From a virus (taxonomy: Duplodnaviria; Caudoviricetes), in IMG/VR virus record IMGVR_UViG_3300032237_001118, positions 1 to 58,394 of that record: a stretch of DNA of 58,394 nucleotides; one strand, given 5' to 3'. A program made the position numbers and the translations under genes. Numbering within the stretch: the stretch's first letter is position 1; every line of letters starts with the position of its first letter. Shown in pieces: positions 37,721 through 45,931 of the stretch. The notes beneath the pieces are model-generated. The model was not told where the DNA came from, did no database searches, and saw only the letters and a list, made by a program, of their open reading frames with translations.

Positions 37721-38080
37721 ATGAAAAAAACAATTATTGCTTTAAGTCTAATTGTGTTAATTGCAGGTTGTACAAAAATTGACATACCTCAACCAGCATC
37801 AGTTGACTTAGGAGTTAAATCAACTTCAACAGCTATTAAATCGATTAATCAATCAGGAAACATCATAACTGCAAATTTTGAAACAACAATTGGTTCAAAA
37901 TATTCAGTACAAATAGTCCCATTTGGTAGTGAACAACCTATTAAAAAAGAAGGGTTTACCGCTAATGAAACGACAACTCAAAAAACATATGATTTGTCTG
38001 GATTACCTAAAAAGGATTACGACTTAATTTTTATCGATATTGATGGAAAAGAAGTTAAGTACCCAATTGTAATAAAATAA
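37721..38080 (+). CDS. Lipoprotein
   Basis: Lipobox LIAG-C; C-terminal half resembles a small Ig-like/T9SS-CTD-like beta domain (DLSGLPKKDYDL). Confidence 0.7.
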   Translation: MKKTIIALSLIVLIAGCTKIDIPQPASVDLGVKSTSTAIKSINQSGNIITANFETTIGSKYSVQIVPFGSEQPIKKEGFTANETTTQKTYDLSGLPKKDYDLIFIDIDGKEVKYPIVIK

Positions 38081-38103
38081 ACTAAAAATAAAAAACAAAT
38101 CTT

Positions 38104-38424
38104 ATGTCAGAGGAAACACAAGACCACAATGACGGCACATGGTCGGGTCTTAAAAAAACAATCATTGGACTGGTCACTACTATCGTATTAGGTGCGGGTG
38201 GTGTTATTACAACTAAATTAGTTGGCGGTGGAGAAGAAGAAAAACCTGCAGTACAACAAGCGGCACCTGTAATTAACATCACAAACTCTAACCAACAGTC
38301 TCAAGCTGCTGGTGGTGGTAAAACTGTAATCATTAAAGAAAAAAGTGCAACGCCAGCTGCGGCGACACCTAAACCTAAGAAAAAAGAAGGAGACGAATTT
38401 AAGGAAGAAGCTCCAAAATGGTAA
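38104..38424 (+). CDS. Single-TM protein
   Basis: TIIGLVTTIVLGAGGVI helix, low-complexity tail. Confidence 0.7.
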   Translation: MSEETQDHNDGTWSGLKKTIIGLVTTIVLGAGGVITTKLVGGGEEEKPAVQQAAPVINITNSNQQSQAAGGGKTVIIKEKSATPAAATPKPKKKEGDEFKEEAPKW

Positions 38425-38427
38425 AAC

Positions 38428-38958
38428 ATGAAAGAAAATACTGGTTTTAAAGAATTGTTAAACAAAATGATGTCAAGAAGATGGTATATAACTGCAATGG
38501 TTCTTGGTGGATTTATGTTAATAATGGGAGGAATCTTTGGAGCTATTATGGGTAAAACACCAATGGCAACTGAGTGGAAAGAACTTATGTTGTTATTGTT
38601 AGGTGCCTTTATTGGTTCATATGGTAAAATCATTGACTATTGGTTCAGTGATACAGACAAAGACAAAATGTTAGTTCAAAAAATGGATGAAGAGGACGGT
38701 ATTTCATTATCTAATACACAAGATATGAAGGACTCAACACCATTACCAAGTAACGTAGCTGTTAATACAGTAACACCACAAGTTAAAGTTGAGATAGACG
38801 AAGATGGTGACGGAGTTATGGATGGGTACGACATTGATGGAGATGGCAAAATCGATGAGTATTTTGACCACAGAAACTGTCAACACGTTTGGGGTGATGT
38901 AGACGGAGATGGCGACGAAGAGTGCGTAATCTGCGGAGTAATCAAACCAATCGAATAA
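38428..38958 (+). CDS. Two-TM protein with DxDGDG calcium-binding-like loops and Cys/His motif
   Basis: Two TM helices; DEDGDG, DIDGDG, DVDGDG; CQH...CVICG. Confidence 0.7.
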   Translation: MKENTGFKELLNKMMSRRWYITAMVLGGFMLIMGGIFGAIMGKTPMATEWKELMLLLLGAFIGSYGKIIDYWFSDTDKDKMLVQKMDEEDGISLSNTQDMKDSTPLPSNVAVNTVTPQVKVEIDEDGDGVMDGYDIDGDGKIDEYFDHRNCQHVWGDVDGDGDEECVICGVIKPIE

Positions 38959-38982
38959 ATAAAAAACAAAAATTGAGGAAAA

Positions 38983-39216
38983 ATGAAAAAAATTAATTTA
39001 ACAAAAATTGGTGAAGCAATGTTCAAAGCATACTTGGGATTAGTCGGAGTATGGCTTGTATTCGCATTATCAACACAATTATTCTTTATTTATTTGCAAT
39101 TTACAGGTCAAGAAGAAAGAATGACAAACATTGCAAATAAAGTAGAATGGAAAATAGACGGAACGTTCAAGAACAATCCTGATAATATTTGGTATGAAGG
39201 ACCAGCAAAAAAATAG
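38983..39216 (+). CDS. Small membrane protein
   Basis: One long hydrophobic segment. Confidence 0.65.
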   Translation: MKKINLTKIGEAMFKAYLGLVGVWLVFALSTQLFFIYLQFTGQEERMTNIANKVEWKIDGTFKNNPDNIWYEGPAKK

Positions 39217-39221
39217 TAACA

Positions 39222-39332
39222 ATGAAAAAGAAACAAGAAATTGCAGAATTTGTGGTTAATACCGTGATATTATCATTCGGATTTTATATTCTGTATTTTG
39301 GATTCAGAATTCTGTTGTCAGTATTTTTTTAA
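39222..39332 (+). CDS. Possible 36-aa membrane peptide
   Basis: MKKKQEIAEFVVNTVILSFGFYILYFGFRILLSVFF. Confidence 0.45.
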   Translation: MKKKQEIAEFVVNTVILSFGFYILYFGFRILLSVFF

Positions 39333-39353
39333 TTAATAGATAGGAGTTAGATA

Positions 39354-39557
39354 ATGAAAAAATGGTATTTAGAGTTCGAACAAACGATTTTGTTCCTCTC
39401 AACAATAACTTATCTCATTTCATTTATGTTCGTATTTGATGAACAAATGCGTACCACTAATTGGATGGGAATAGTATGGCTTTTACAATTTTTTGTACTT
39501 GGAAGTGCACTTGCATTTTACGGTATTAAAAAGGGTTGGAAATGGCCTGAAAGATAA
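39354..39557 (+). CDS. Small two-TM protein
   Basis: Two hydrophobic helices. Confidence 0.65.
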   Translation: MKKWYLEFEQTILFLSTITYLISFMFVFDEQMRTTNWMGIVWLLQFFVLGSALAFYGIKKGWKWPER

Positions 39558-39568
39558 AACATATTAGT

Positions 39569-40285
39569 ATGAAAAAAATATTATTAGTTTTGGCACTTTT
39601 AGTGTCGGCAACATCCTATGGGCAAACCATAGGTAAAACACAAACCGAACAATACAAAGCGTCATTTGAAATTGCAATTGACATCAGTCAATTCTTAGAT
39701 TATGACGGACCTCAAATTCCCATTCAAATTTTAAAATGTGGAATCTCTGATGAGATGTATGAAATGTATCCTGAACTTAAAGAAAAAAGAGTTGGATTAG
39801 GGGTTGCAAATATCTCTATGGAATACCTTGAAAATCTTAATCGTTTCAAATTCACTGAAGATAAAACAGAAATTAAGAATAGAATGGTAAAACAATTCCA
39901 AGCGTCTCAAGCAGGAATTTCAGAAAACAAATTAGACGGTAGAGGTAAAATTAACTTGGCTCAATATTTCGTAACAATTGAGTGTTACGACTATTCTGTA
40001 TCAGAAGATGAGACAGTTAATTTAAAAGACGGAGTTAAAAACCTTATGGTTACTCGTATCGGTTTACAAGTTAGATTCACAAATGCTGAAACTGGTGTTG
40101 TATTTGGAGCATCAGGATTAGGTGAAGCAAAAACAACAAGAGAACTAACTTTATTATCGGATGCAACTGTAGACCCAGTTAAATTCAATCAATCAACAAT
40201 ATCAATTGCGACTAAAAAAGCTCTTGACATTGCTTGTGCTAGAATCTTAGATAGGATGATTAAAAAGGGGATTTACACCAAATAA
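39569..40285 (+). CDS. CsgG/HfaB-like exported protein
   Basis: Signal peptide; VGLGVANISMEYLENLNRFKFTE, AQYFVT...YDY, LQVRFTNAETG and terminal helix match the CsgG-like layout. Confidence 0.6.
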   Translation: MKKILLVLALLVSATSYGQTIGKTQTEQYKASFEIAIDISQFLDYDGPQIPIQILKCGISDEMYEMYPELKEKRVGLGVANISMEYLENLNRFKFTEDKTEIKNRMVKQFQASQAGISENKLDGRGKINLAQYFVTIECYDYSVSEDETVNLKDGVKNLMVTRIGLQVRFTNAETGVVFGASGLGEAKTTRELTLLSDATVDPVKFNQSTISIATKKALDIACARILDRMIKKGIYTK

Positions 40286-40297
40286 GATATACCATAA

Positions 40298-41716
40298 TTG
40301 AAAGGTCTAAAAATATTATTAAGCATCTTATTTGTGGTTTTCCTCACCCACAGGTCGCAAGGACAGGTAGTGACTCAAACCTACCTGGACCCTTGTGATT
40401 TAAAAACCTATGTCGTATCAATACCGATTCAATCAACATCAGGGGTATTGGTTATTATTAGAGGAACTTCTAAAGTTTTTACGTATTCACAATTTGCAAG
40501 TGGAGAAGTAGACAATTGGGTTAAATCAATATTCGCAACACCATGTCCATCAACAACAGTAGTAACACAAACAGTAGCGACGACAGTGACTCAGGCGGTA
40601 GCAGCGGCAGCAAGTGCCGCGGCAAGTTCTGCGGCGTCATCGGCAGCATCGTCAGCGGCGAGTTCCGCAGCTGGTTCTGCTGCAAGTTCAGGAGCATCAA
40701 ACGCAGCTTCATCATCCGCTTCGAGTGCGTCGAGCTCAGCGACATCATCACCACCCCAATCCTCATCATCATCTTCGTCTTCATCCTCCCAATCATCATC
40801 GTCTTCTGGGGAATCATCCTCATCAAGCAGTGGTTCTGGAGGTTCAAAAGGAGAAACTTCAGAAAGCAAATCAGAAAGTAAATCTGAGAGTAAGTCCGAA
40901 AGTAAAAGTGAAGAAAAGAAAGAAGAGTCAAAATCTGATGAGAAAAAATCGGACGAAAAGAAATCAGATGAAAAGAAAGAAGAAAAAAAATCTGACGAAA
41001 AAAAGAAAGAGGAAAAGAAAAAAGCTGTTAGCGCTAACCCAATGTTGTTTGCATCAGATTTGACAACAACGCAAGGACCTGATTTGAAATATAGTTTAAT
41101 TGCATCATTTGGTATTAGTAAAGCGTCAATGGCGGGAAATGAAAGTTGGAGTGCAAATGCGATGATTTGGAGTACATTAAAACAATTCGCATTAAGTGGA
41201 GGGTATACAAAAATGGATTTTAAAAACGGTAAATTGGAATCCATTAATTCATATTCAATGACTGCAGCTTATTTGGATGGAAATTATATGAACCTTCTTG
41301 GGTATACTCATATTATACCTAATCCAAAATATGGGACATATGGTTATAACGTAGGTGCTATTACTTTATTGTTACAAGATAAGGAATTGGTTAATATAAA
41401 AACAGGTGAAATGAAAGACATTTTTAATGTTTCATTTTCAACATCTGTTGTTGGGTTTTGGACTAAACCATTTCCTGTTAGTCCAAAAATAGTCTTATCA
41501 CCACAAGTATTTGTTATGAATTCACCAATAGGTTGGAATTCAAAGACTGGAGAAACAACAGTTAATAGACAAATGGGGTTTTTAATTGGTTCGTCATTTG
41601 ATTATAAAATCAGTAAAAGATTTGCTTTTAGCCTAAACTATAAAGTTTCAGGTTCCACTCAAAAAGGAACCCCGATACTTAGTAACTTCTTGATTGGTTC
41701 AAGATTAATACTTTAA
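40298..41716 (+). CDS. Exported protein: Cys-containing head, Ala/Ser then Glu/Lys stalk, putative C-terminal beta-barrel
   Basis: Signal peptide; DPC...PCP head; long A/S and SDEKK repeats; amphipathic beta-strands to the C-terminus. Confidence 0.65.
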   Translation: MKGLKILLSILFVVFLTHRSQGQVVTQTYLDPCDLKTYVVSIPIQSTSGVLVIIRGTSKVFTYSQFASGEVDNWVKSIFATPCPSTTVVTQTVATTVTQAVAAAASAAASSAASSAASSAASSAAGSAASSGASNAASSSASSASSSATSSPPQSSSSSSSSSSQSSSSSGESSSSSSGSGGSKGETSESKSESKSESKSESKSEEKKEESKSDEKKSDEKKSDEKKEEKKSDEKKKEEKKKAVSANPMLFASDLTTTQGPDLKYSLIASFGISKASMAGNESWSANAMIWSTLKQFALSGGYTKMDFKNGKLESINSYSMTAAYLDGNYMNLLGYTHIIPNPKYGTYGYNVGAITLLLQDKELVNIKTGEMKDIFNVSFSTSVVGFWTKPFPVSPKIVLSPQVFVMNSPIGWNSKTGETTVNRQMGFLIGSSFDYKISKRFAFSLNYKVSGSTQKGTPILSNFLIGSRLIL

Positions 41717-41720
41717 TATT

Positions 41721-42341
41721 ATGAAAAAAATACTAGACGTTCGACACTTTATTATTCTTGCTTTAATTGTCACTTTAATTTTATTAAAGGGGGACAATCG
41801 CACAGTGATTAAACAAGTAATTAAAGAAGTACCTGGTGAAACAATCCATGATACAATTCCAATTTCAGTTCCTGAATATATTCAAGGTGAAAACATTTAT
41901 CACGATACAACAATATATATACCAACATTGGTACAGGTTGATACTACAGAAATTCTTAAAGATTTTTACGCTAAAATGATTAAGATAGATACTATTAAGT
42001 TGAATAATAATCAAGGGTTTGTGTACTTGTCTGATAGTATATCTCAAAATAAAATAATATATAGAAATTGGTCTGCAACACTTAAACCAAAAATAGTTAG
42101 AGAACCAGCACCATTACCACCTCCAATTAGAAACCAAGTATTCTTTGGACTTGATGGTTCATGGAGTCAAAAGGATTGGGTAAATTCATTAGGAATGGGT
42201 TTAATTCTTAAAACAAAAAAAGACCATTTATACCATATAGGACTTGGAGTTGCGAATAGAACTACTGACGGAATATCAGGAGAATTTACGCCTTATTTAA
42301 ATGGAGGAGTTTATTGGAAGATAAAACTTAAAAAGGATTAG
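41721..42341 (+). CDS. Membrane-anchored protein, possible spanin-like/Bacteroidota phage envelope protein
   Basis: N-terminal TM, repeated HDT/DT motifs, C-terminal beta-strands ending GGVYWKI. Confidence 0.55.
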   Translation: MKKILDVRHFIILALIVTLILLKGDNRTVIKQVIKEVPGETIHDTIPISVPEYIQGENIYHDTTIYIPTLVQVDTTEILKDFYAKMIKIDTIKLNNNQGFVYLSDSISQNKIIYRNWSATLKPKIVREPAPLPPPIRNQVFFGLDGSWSQKDWVNSLGMGLILKTKKDHLYHIGLGVANRTTDGISGEFTPYLNGGVYWKIKLKKD

Positions 42342-42367
42342 AGGTATTTATCATAAAATACGTTATA

Positions 42368-42910
42368 ATGAACTTAAGAGAATTAATTAAAGAACAGTTA
42401 GAAAAACAATTAAACAAATCTTTAATATTGAAAGAAGATGTTAAAATTTCAAACGCGTTACAATATCATATTGATAATGGAATGACCTTAACTGAAAATG
42501 CATTTATGTTTTATTCTGAAAATTATTTTGATTTAATTAATGAAGTTAGAGAGTTATTTAATGAGGGAAAAATTGACCTTAATAAAAAGGATATATTAAT
42601 GGTTGAATCTGATTTAGGTGTTAAAGTTAAAATTGGTAAGGAATATGTTTATTTAGACGCACCTTACATCTACGAAACAGAAGAGGATATTTTAATGGAA
42701 GGTAAAACTCCAAAAAGTCCTAAGAAATTCGCGGTTTATACTAAGAGTAAAACAGAAGGAGTTAAGAAGGTAATTTTTGGTATCTCTAATTTATTATTAA
42801 AAGAAAGTCGCAACTGTTCTCAAAAAAAGGATAGGACAACCGCAGGATATTGGTCTTGTAATGTTAGTAGATTCGCTAAACAATTAGGTCTTTCATCTTC
42901 AAACTTTTAG
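42368..42910 (+). CDS. Hypothetical protein with MNLRELIKE leader
   Basis: Leader; C-terminal KKFAVY..KKVIFG..C.QKKDRTTAGYWSC. Confidence 0.7.
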   Translation: MNLRELIKEQLEKQLNKSLILKEDVKISNALQYHIDNGMTLTENAFMFYSENYFDLINEVRELFNEGKIDLNKKDILMVESDLGVKVKIGKEYVYLDAPYIYETEEDILMEGKTPKSPKKFAVYTKSKTEGVKKVIFGISNLLLKESRNCSQKKDRTTAGYWSCNVSRFAKQLGLSSSNF

Positions 42911-42912
42911 TA

Positions 42913-43221
42913 ATGAAAATAGAAAAACTTGAAAAATATTTACAGACTTATTTGGATGAAATTATAACACCTAAAGTTAATAATGAGTTGGTTGGTGAAG
43001 AAGATGAACCAATAACAATAAAGGTCTATGATATAAAACAAAAAGAACATCGTCCCGATGAAATTGTTGTATTTTTAGATATGGAACCCGATTGGTCAAG
43101 TGGTAGTATTACTAACAAAATTGATGACGACATTATAAGTTTTATGAGAATGATGGGGTATAATCACTGGATAATTGTTGCTTGGAATAAAAGAACACAA
43201 CAAATTTATGAACCTAGATAA
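42913..43221 (+). CDS. Hypothetical protein (paralogue of 43208-43495)
   Basis: YLQTYLD.I.P..N...VFLD.EP...WNKR shared with the next gene. Confidence 0.72.
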   Translation: MKIEKLEKYLQTYLDEIITPKVNNELVGEEDEPITIKVYDIKQKEHRPDEIVVFLDMEPDWSSGSITNKIDDDIISFMRMMGYNHWIIVAWNKRTQQIYEPR

Positions 43222-43495
43222 AATCAAAGAATATTTACAGAATTATTTGGATACTGTTGTCATTCCTAATTTAAATAAAGATAGGGTTGATGACGATAAA
43301 GTATCTTTAAATGTTTATCAGGTTGTTAAAGGGTCTTATCAACCACCAATATATCATGTTTTTATTGATGTTGAGCCACCTCATACACTTAGGGCTGACC
43401 TAAAAAAATTTGAAAGTAATATTAGTGATTTTTTTAGAATGTTTTCCATTAATAATAAAATCAAAGTTCATTGGAACAAAAGACCGTTATTTTAA
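43208..43495 (+). CDS. Hypothetical protein (paralogue of 42913-43221)
   Basis: YLQNYLD.V.P..N...VFIDVEP...WNKR. Confidence 0.72.
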   Translation: MNLDKIKEYLQNYLDTVVIPNLNKDRVDDDKVSLNVYQVVKGSYQPPIYHVFIDVEPPHTLRADLKKFESNISDFFRMFSINNKIKVHWNKRPLF

Positions 43496-43507
43496 AATTA
43501 TTTATCC

Positions 43508-43747
43508 GTGCCAAACAAATTGTTAACTGCCGAACAAATTTCAATTTCCAAGTCTAACTATAATCATATAGATATTGGGTATTTTAAATATAAATCACAT
43601 ACACCTACAATGGTAGATTGTATAAAGGAATATCCTATCACGGAGTTCATTTTAGAAAAAATTGAGAAAAAAGAGTTGATGTGGGAATTTGAAATGGAAG
43701 AAGAAAAACCAAAGTTATATAATGGAAAACTTATTATTTTAATATAA
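43508..43747 (+). CDS. Hypothetical protein
   Basis: 79-aa GTG-start ORF. Confidence 0.45.
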   Translation: MPNKLLTAEQISISKSNYNHIDIGYFKYKSHTPTMVDCIKEYPITEFILEKIEKKELMWEFEMEEEKPKLYNGKLIILI

Positions 43748-44509
43748 TTTTTTCAAATCAAATTTTTTCACAAACGCAGGAAACGCTTCTTTGTAAGACT
43801 CTTCAGATTCATCAGTAACCTTGTTTGTAAATTGCCAATTCCAATAAAAATTATTGTTGGGTTTAAATCCGTAAAATGTATGAACTCTTTTTTGAGTATC
43901 AACAACATCCATACCTTTCCAGTTCTGCCCTGAACAAATAAATCCACTTTGGATATTTTCAACAATATTAGGTTCGCCTAAAGTTTCATGTCTATTTTCA
44001 ATCCAAGTTAATCTTTCAATTAATTTTTGATAGAACATATTGGCTTGTCCCCAACGTATAGAGGTAAAAAATATAACAGCATTTGATTCAAATAACTCTT
44101 TGGATATTTTCCAAAGTTCGTCATCTTTATCATTCAAACTTGCCCAACATCTGTGGTAACCTGTTGGATTTTTATCTTTATCTTTTAATTTGGCTTTCAT
44201 TAAACCACAAGAGTTGCCATCTTTTCTAGATACGTTTCCTTCACATGGTGTGATATGTAATTCAGGGACATCAATTAGGACGGATTTTTCATTTAGATAT
44301 TCATTAATAACCATTGCAAGAATTGTTGATTTTGGTATATCAACATCTTTCGGGTCCCAATTGTATCTATTTGAGCACGATAATAGTAATACCTTATCCA
44401 ACTTTTGTAATTCAGATATTGTTTTTTCAAGTTTTTTCAAGTTACCTGTAGAATTGTTCTTTTCAGTAACGTTGTATTTTTCAAATATTTCTTGTAATCT
44501 ATTATCCAT
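43739..44509 (-). CDS. Flavodoxin-like / NAD(P)H-dependent FMN reductase family protein
   Basis: VLLLSCSNR...KST, PCEGNVS...C...RCW...DDE, AVIFFTSIRWG, KLIERL. Confidence 0.72.
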   Translation of the reverse strand: MDNRLQEIFEKYNVTEKNNSTGNLKKLEKTISELQKLDKVLLLSCSNRYNWDPKDVDIPKSTILAMVINEYLNEKSVLIDVPELHITPCEGNVSRKDGNSCGLMKAKLKDKDKNPTGYHRCWASLNDKDDELWKISKELFESNAVIFFTSIRWGQANMFYQKLIERLTWIENRHETLGEPNIVENIQSGFICSGQNWKGMDVVDTQKRVHTFYGFKPNNNFYWNWQFTNKVTDESEESYKEAFPAFVKKFDLKKLY

Positions 44510-44540
44510 TGATTATAAATACTTCATAAACCATAATAAG

Positions 44541-44563
44541 AAACCCACCATTGAGGTGGGTTT
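44541..44563. terminator. Hairpin, probable terminator for minus-strand transcription
   Basis: AAACCCACC/GGTGGGTTT. Confidence 0.65.
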
Positions 44564-44568
44564 ATATT

Positions 44569-45579
44569 TTAAGCTCTCATTGTTGGAACATTATTAATTT
44601 CTTCCGTCATATCCATATCATTGATTAATTCGCGTATTGTGTTTATTTCTCTTTCATAATTATGTGTGGGAGTTGGTCGTTCCATTACTGGTTGTTCTGC
44701 TATTTCAGTAGGTTCAGCAATTGGTTCATCTGCAAATTCAATTCTCATTCTTTCGTATGGTCTTAAACATTCCATATGAACTTGTTCTTGAATTTCATTT
44801 GTACATAAATTTTTGTTTGTAAATTCTGATTTGAATATTTTTCTCACAACTGGAAATAAATAATCATCAGCATCAATTTCAAGGTAATCAATTCTTGAAT
44901 CTTCAGCATTCCAAAAAGTAAATTCATTATCCCCTTCTAATCCTTTGTAACCTGCAAATTTATATCCTGTTTGTTTATTGATGAAATAAACCAAAATACC
45001 CTTTCTCCAGTATTTTTCAAAATATTGTTTTTCTTTTTGGTAGGTTGTACACCATCTTGTGGATGAACCATATTTTGCGGACGCTGAGAATGTTAAAGGT
45101 CTTAGAGCAACCCATTTTTCATCTTCATATTCTTTAATAATTTGACTCTCAAGTTCTTTTGCAAGTTCTTTCATAGTGGCCAAAGTTAACGCTCCTCTAA
45201 CATCATCAATGTCTTTATAAGTTGATACATCTTTATTGTCAATTTGACCTTTGTCCATATAATCCATAAACTCCTTTAGAGTTTGGTATGTATCATTATT
45301 ATAATGTTCTGTAATAAAATTCAAAATATAATACATCTGACCATCATTAAGACCATCAGTTGAAATTCCTCTATTAATTAATGTGGACTGAACATCTAAA
45401 AGATTTGATGAATAATCATCCTTATGCCAAAACTTTTTTGGGTTAACTTTTTGACCAAAAATTTTACATAATAGTGGAAGGTATTTGTAAGTCTTGGAAG
45501 TATCTAATCTTGTCATCATATCAAAAAATGTGACATTTAATTCAGGGTGTTGTTTTTTTAATTCATCTAAACGAGACAT
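44569..45579 (-). CDS. Conserved large-phage-type protein with YG..T.WCT motif (PcfJ-like)
   Basis: Start MSRLDELKK at 45579; RPLTFSASAKYGSSTRWCTT. Confidence 0.7.
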   Translation of the reverse strand: MSRLDELKKQHPELNVTFFDMMTRLDTSKTYKYLPLLCKIFGQKVNPKKFWHKDDYSSNLLDVQSTLINRGISTDGLNDGQMYYILNFITEHYNNDTYQTLKEFMDYMDKGQIDNKDVSTYKDIDDVRGALTLATMKELAKELESQIIKEYEDEKWVALRPLTFSASAKYGSSTRWCTTYQKEKQYFEKYWRKGILVYFINKQTGYKFAGYKGLEGDNEFTFWNAEDSRIDYLEIDADDYLFPVVRKIFKSEFTNKNLCTNEIQEQVHMECLRPYERMRIEFADEPIAEPTEIAEQPVMERPTPTHNYEREINTIRELINDMDMTEEINNVPTMRA

Positions 45580-45621
45580 AATATTCTTTTTGTAAAAGAT
45601 AAGTAAAATAAATTTTTTAGT

Positions 45622-45655
45622 CAAAAAAAAACATTCAGTATTTCTACTGAATGTT
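45622..45655 (-). terminator. Intrinsic terminator of the tRNA/RNA operon
   Basis: AACATTCAGTA-GAAA-TACTGAATGTT plus T run on the minus strand. Confidence 0.88.
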
Positions 45656-45659
45656 AATA

Positions 45660-45756
45660 ACTTAAAGATTCTCCCGTAGAGAATCCGCTCAACTTCAGGT
45701 ATTGAGTTTGAGAGAACAAGTCTCATACCATTGCGTTTACCCTTTGGGTAACACAT
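45660..45756 (-). ncRNA. Candidate structured RNA (four hairpins, possible pseudoknot)
   Basis: Stems 45732-42/45746-55, 45709-13/45721-25, 45688-92/45702-06, 45667-73/45679-85. Confidence 0.5.
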
Positions 45757-45757
45757 G

Positions 45758-45926
45758 CTGTCAGAGATGGATTCGAACCATCACGGTGAGATTCAGTTAA
45801 TAACATTACGCTTGCAAGCTGGTGGTCTACCCCATATTATTAACCTATTTCTTTGTCACCCTCTCCGAGACAGGAAGAGATTGTCTGCCTGGCCATAACT
45901 GAGATGACCTTTTCCAACACCTGACA
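45758..45926 (-). ncRNA. Expanded 169-nt tRNA-like RNA (GTC in anticodon position) with D-loop hairpin and branched variable arm
   Basis: Acceptor TGTCAGG/TCTGACA; D stem TTG/CAA with GGCAGA; insert GGTCAT/ATGGCC; CTCTTC-CTGTCTC-GGAGAG arm; GGTGA..TCACC arm holding an 11-bp helix; perfect T arm GATGG-TTCGAAT-CCATC. Confidence 0.78.
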
Positions 45927-45931
45927 ATTTG

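Noticed and set aside
45580-45756. N-terminal 59 codons of ORF 44569-45756
   Set aside because: They run through RNA hairpins and a strong terminator; the start at 45579 (MSRLDELKK) is more plausible.
45660-45757. Theta/HDV-like ribozyme at a tRNA 3' end
   Set aside because: Could not place the nested P1/P2/P3/P1.1 double pseudoknot or the catalytic C by eye; kept only as an unknown structured RNA.
45758-45926. tmRNA or group I intron-containing tRNA
   Set aside because: No G3-U70 Ala identity or tag ORF; the insertions are too short for a group I core and are not in the anticodon loop.
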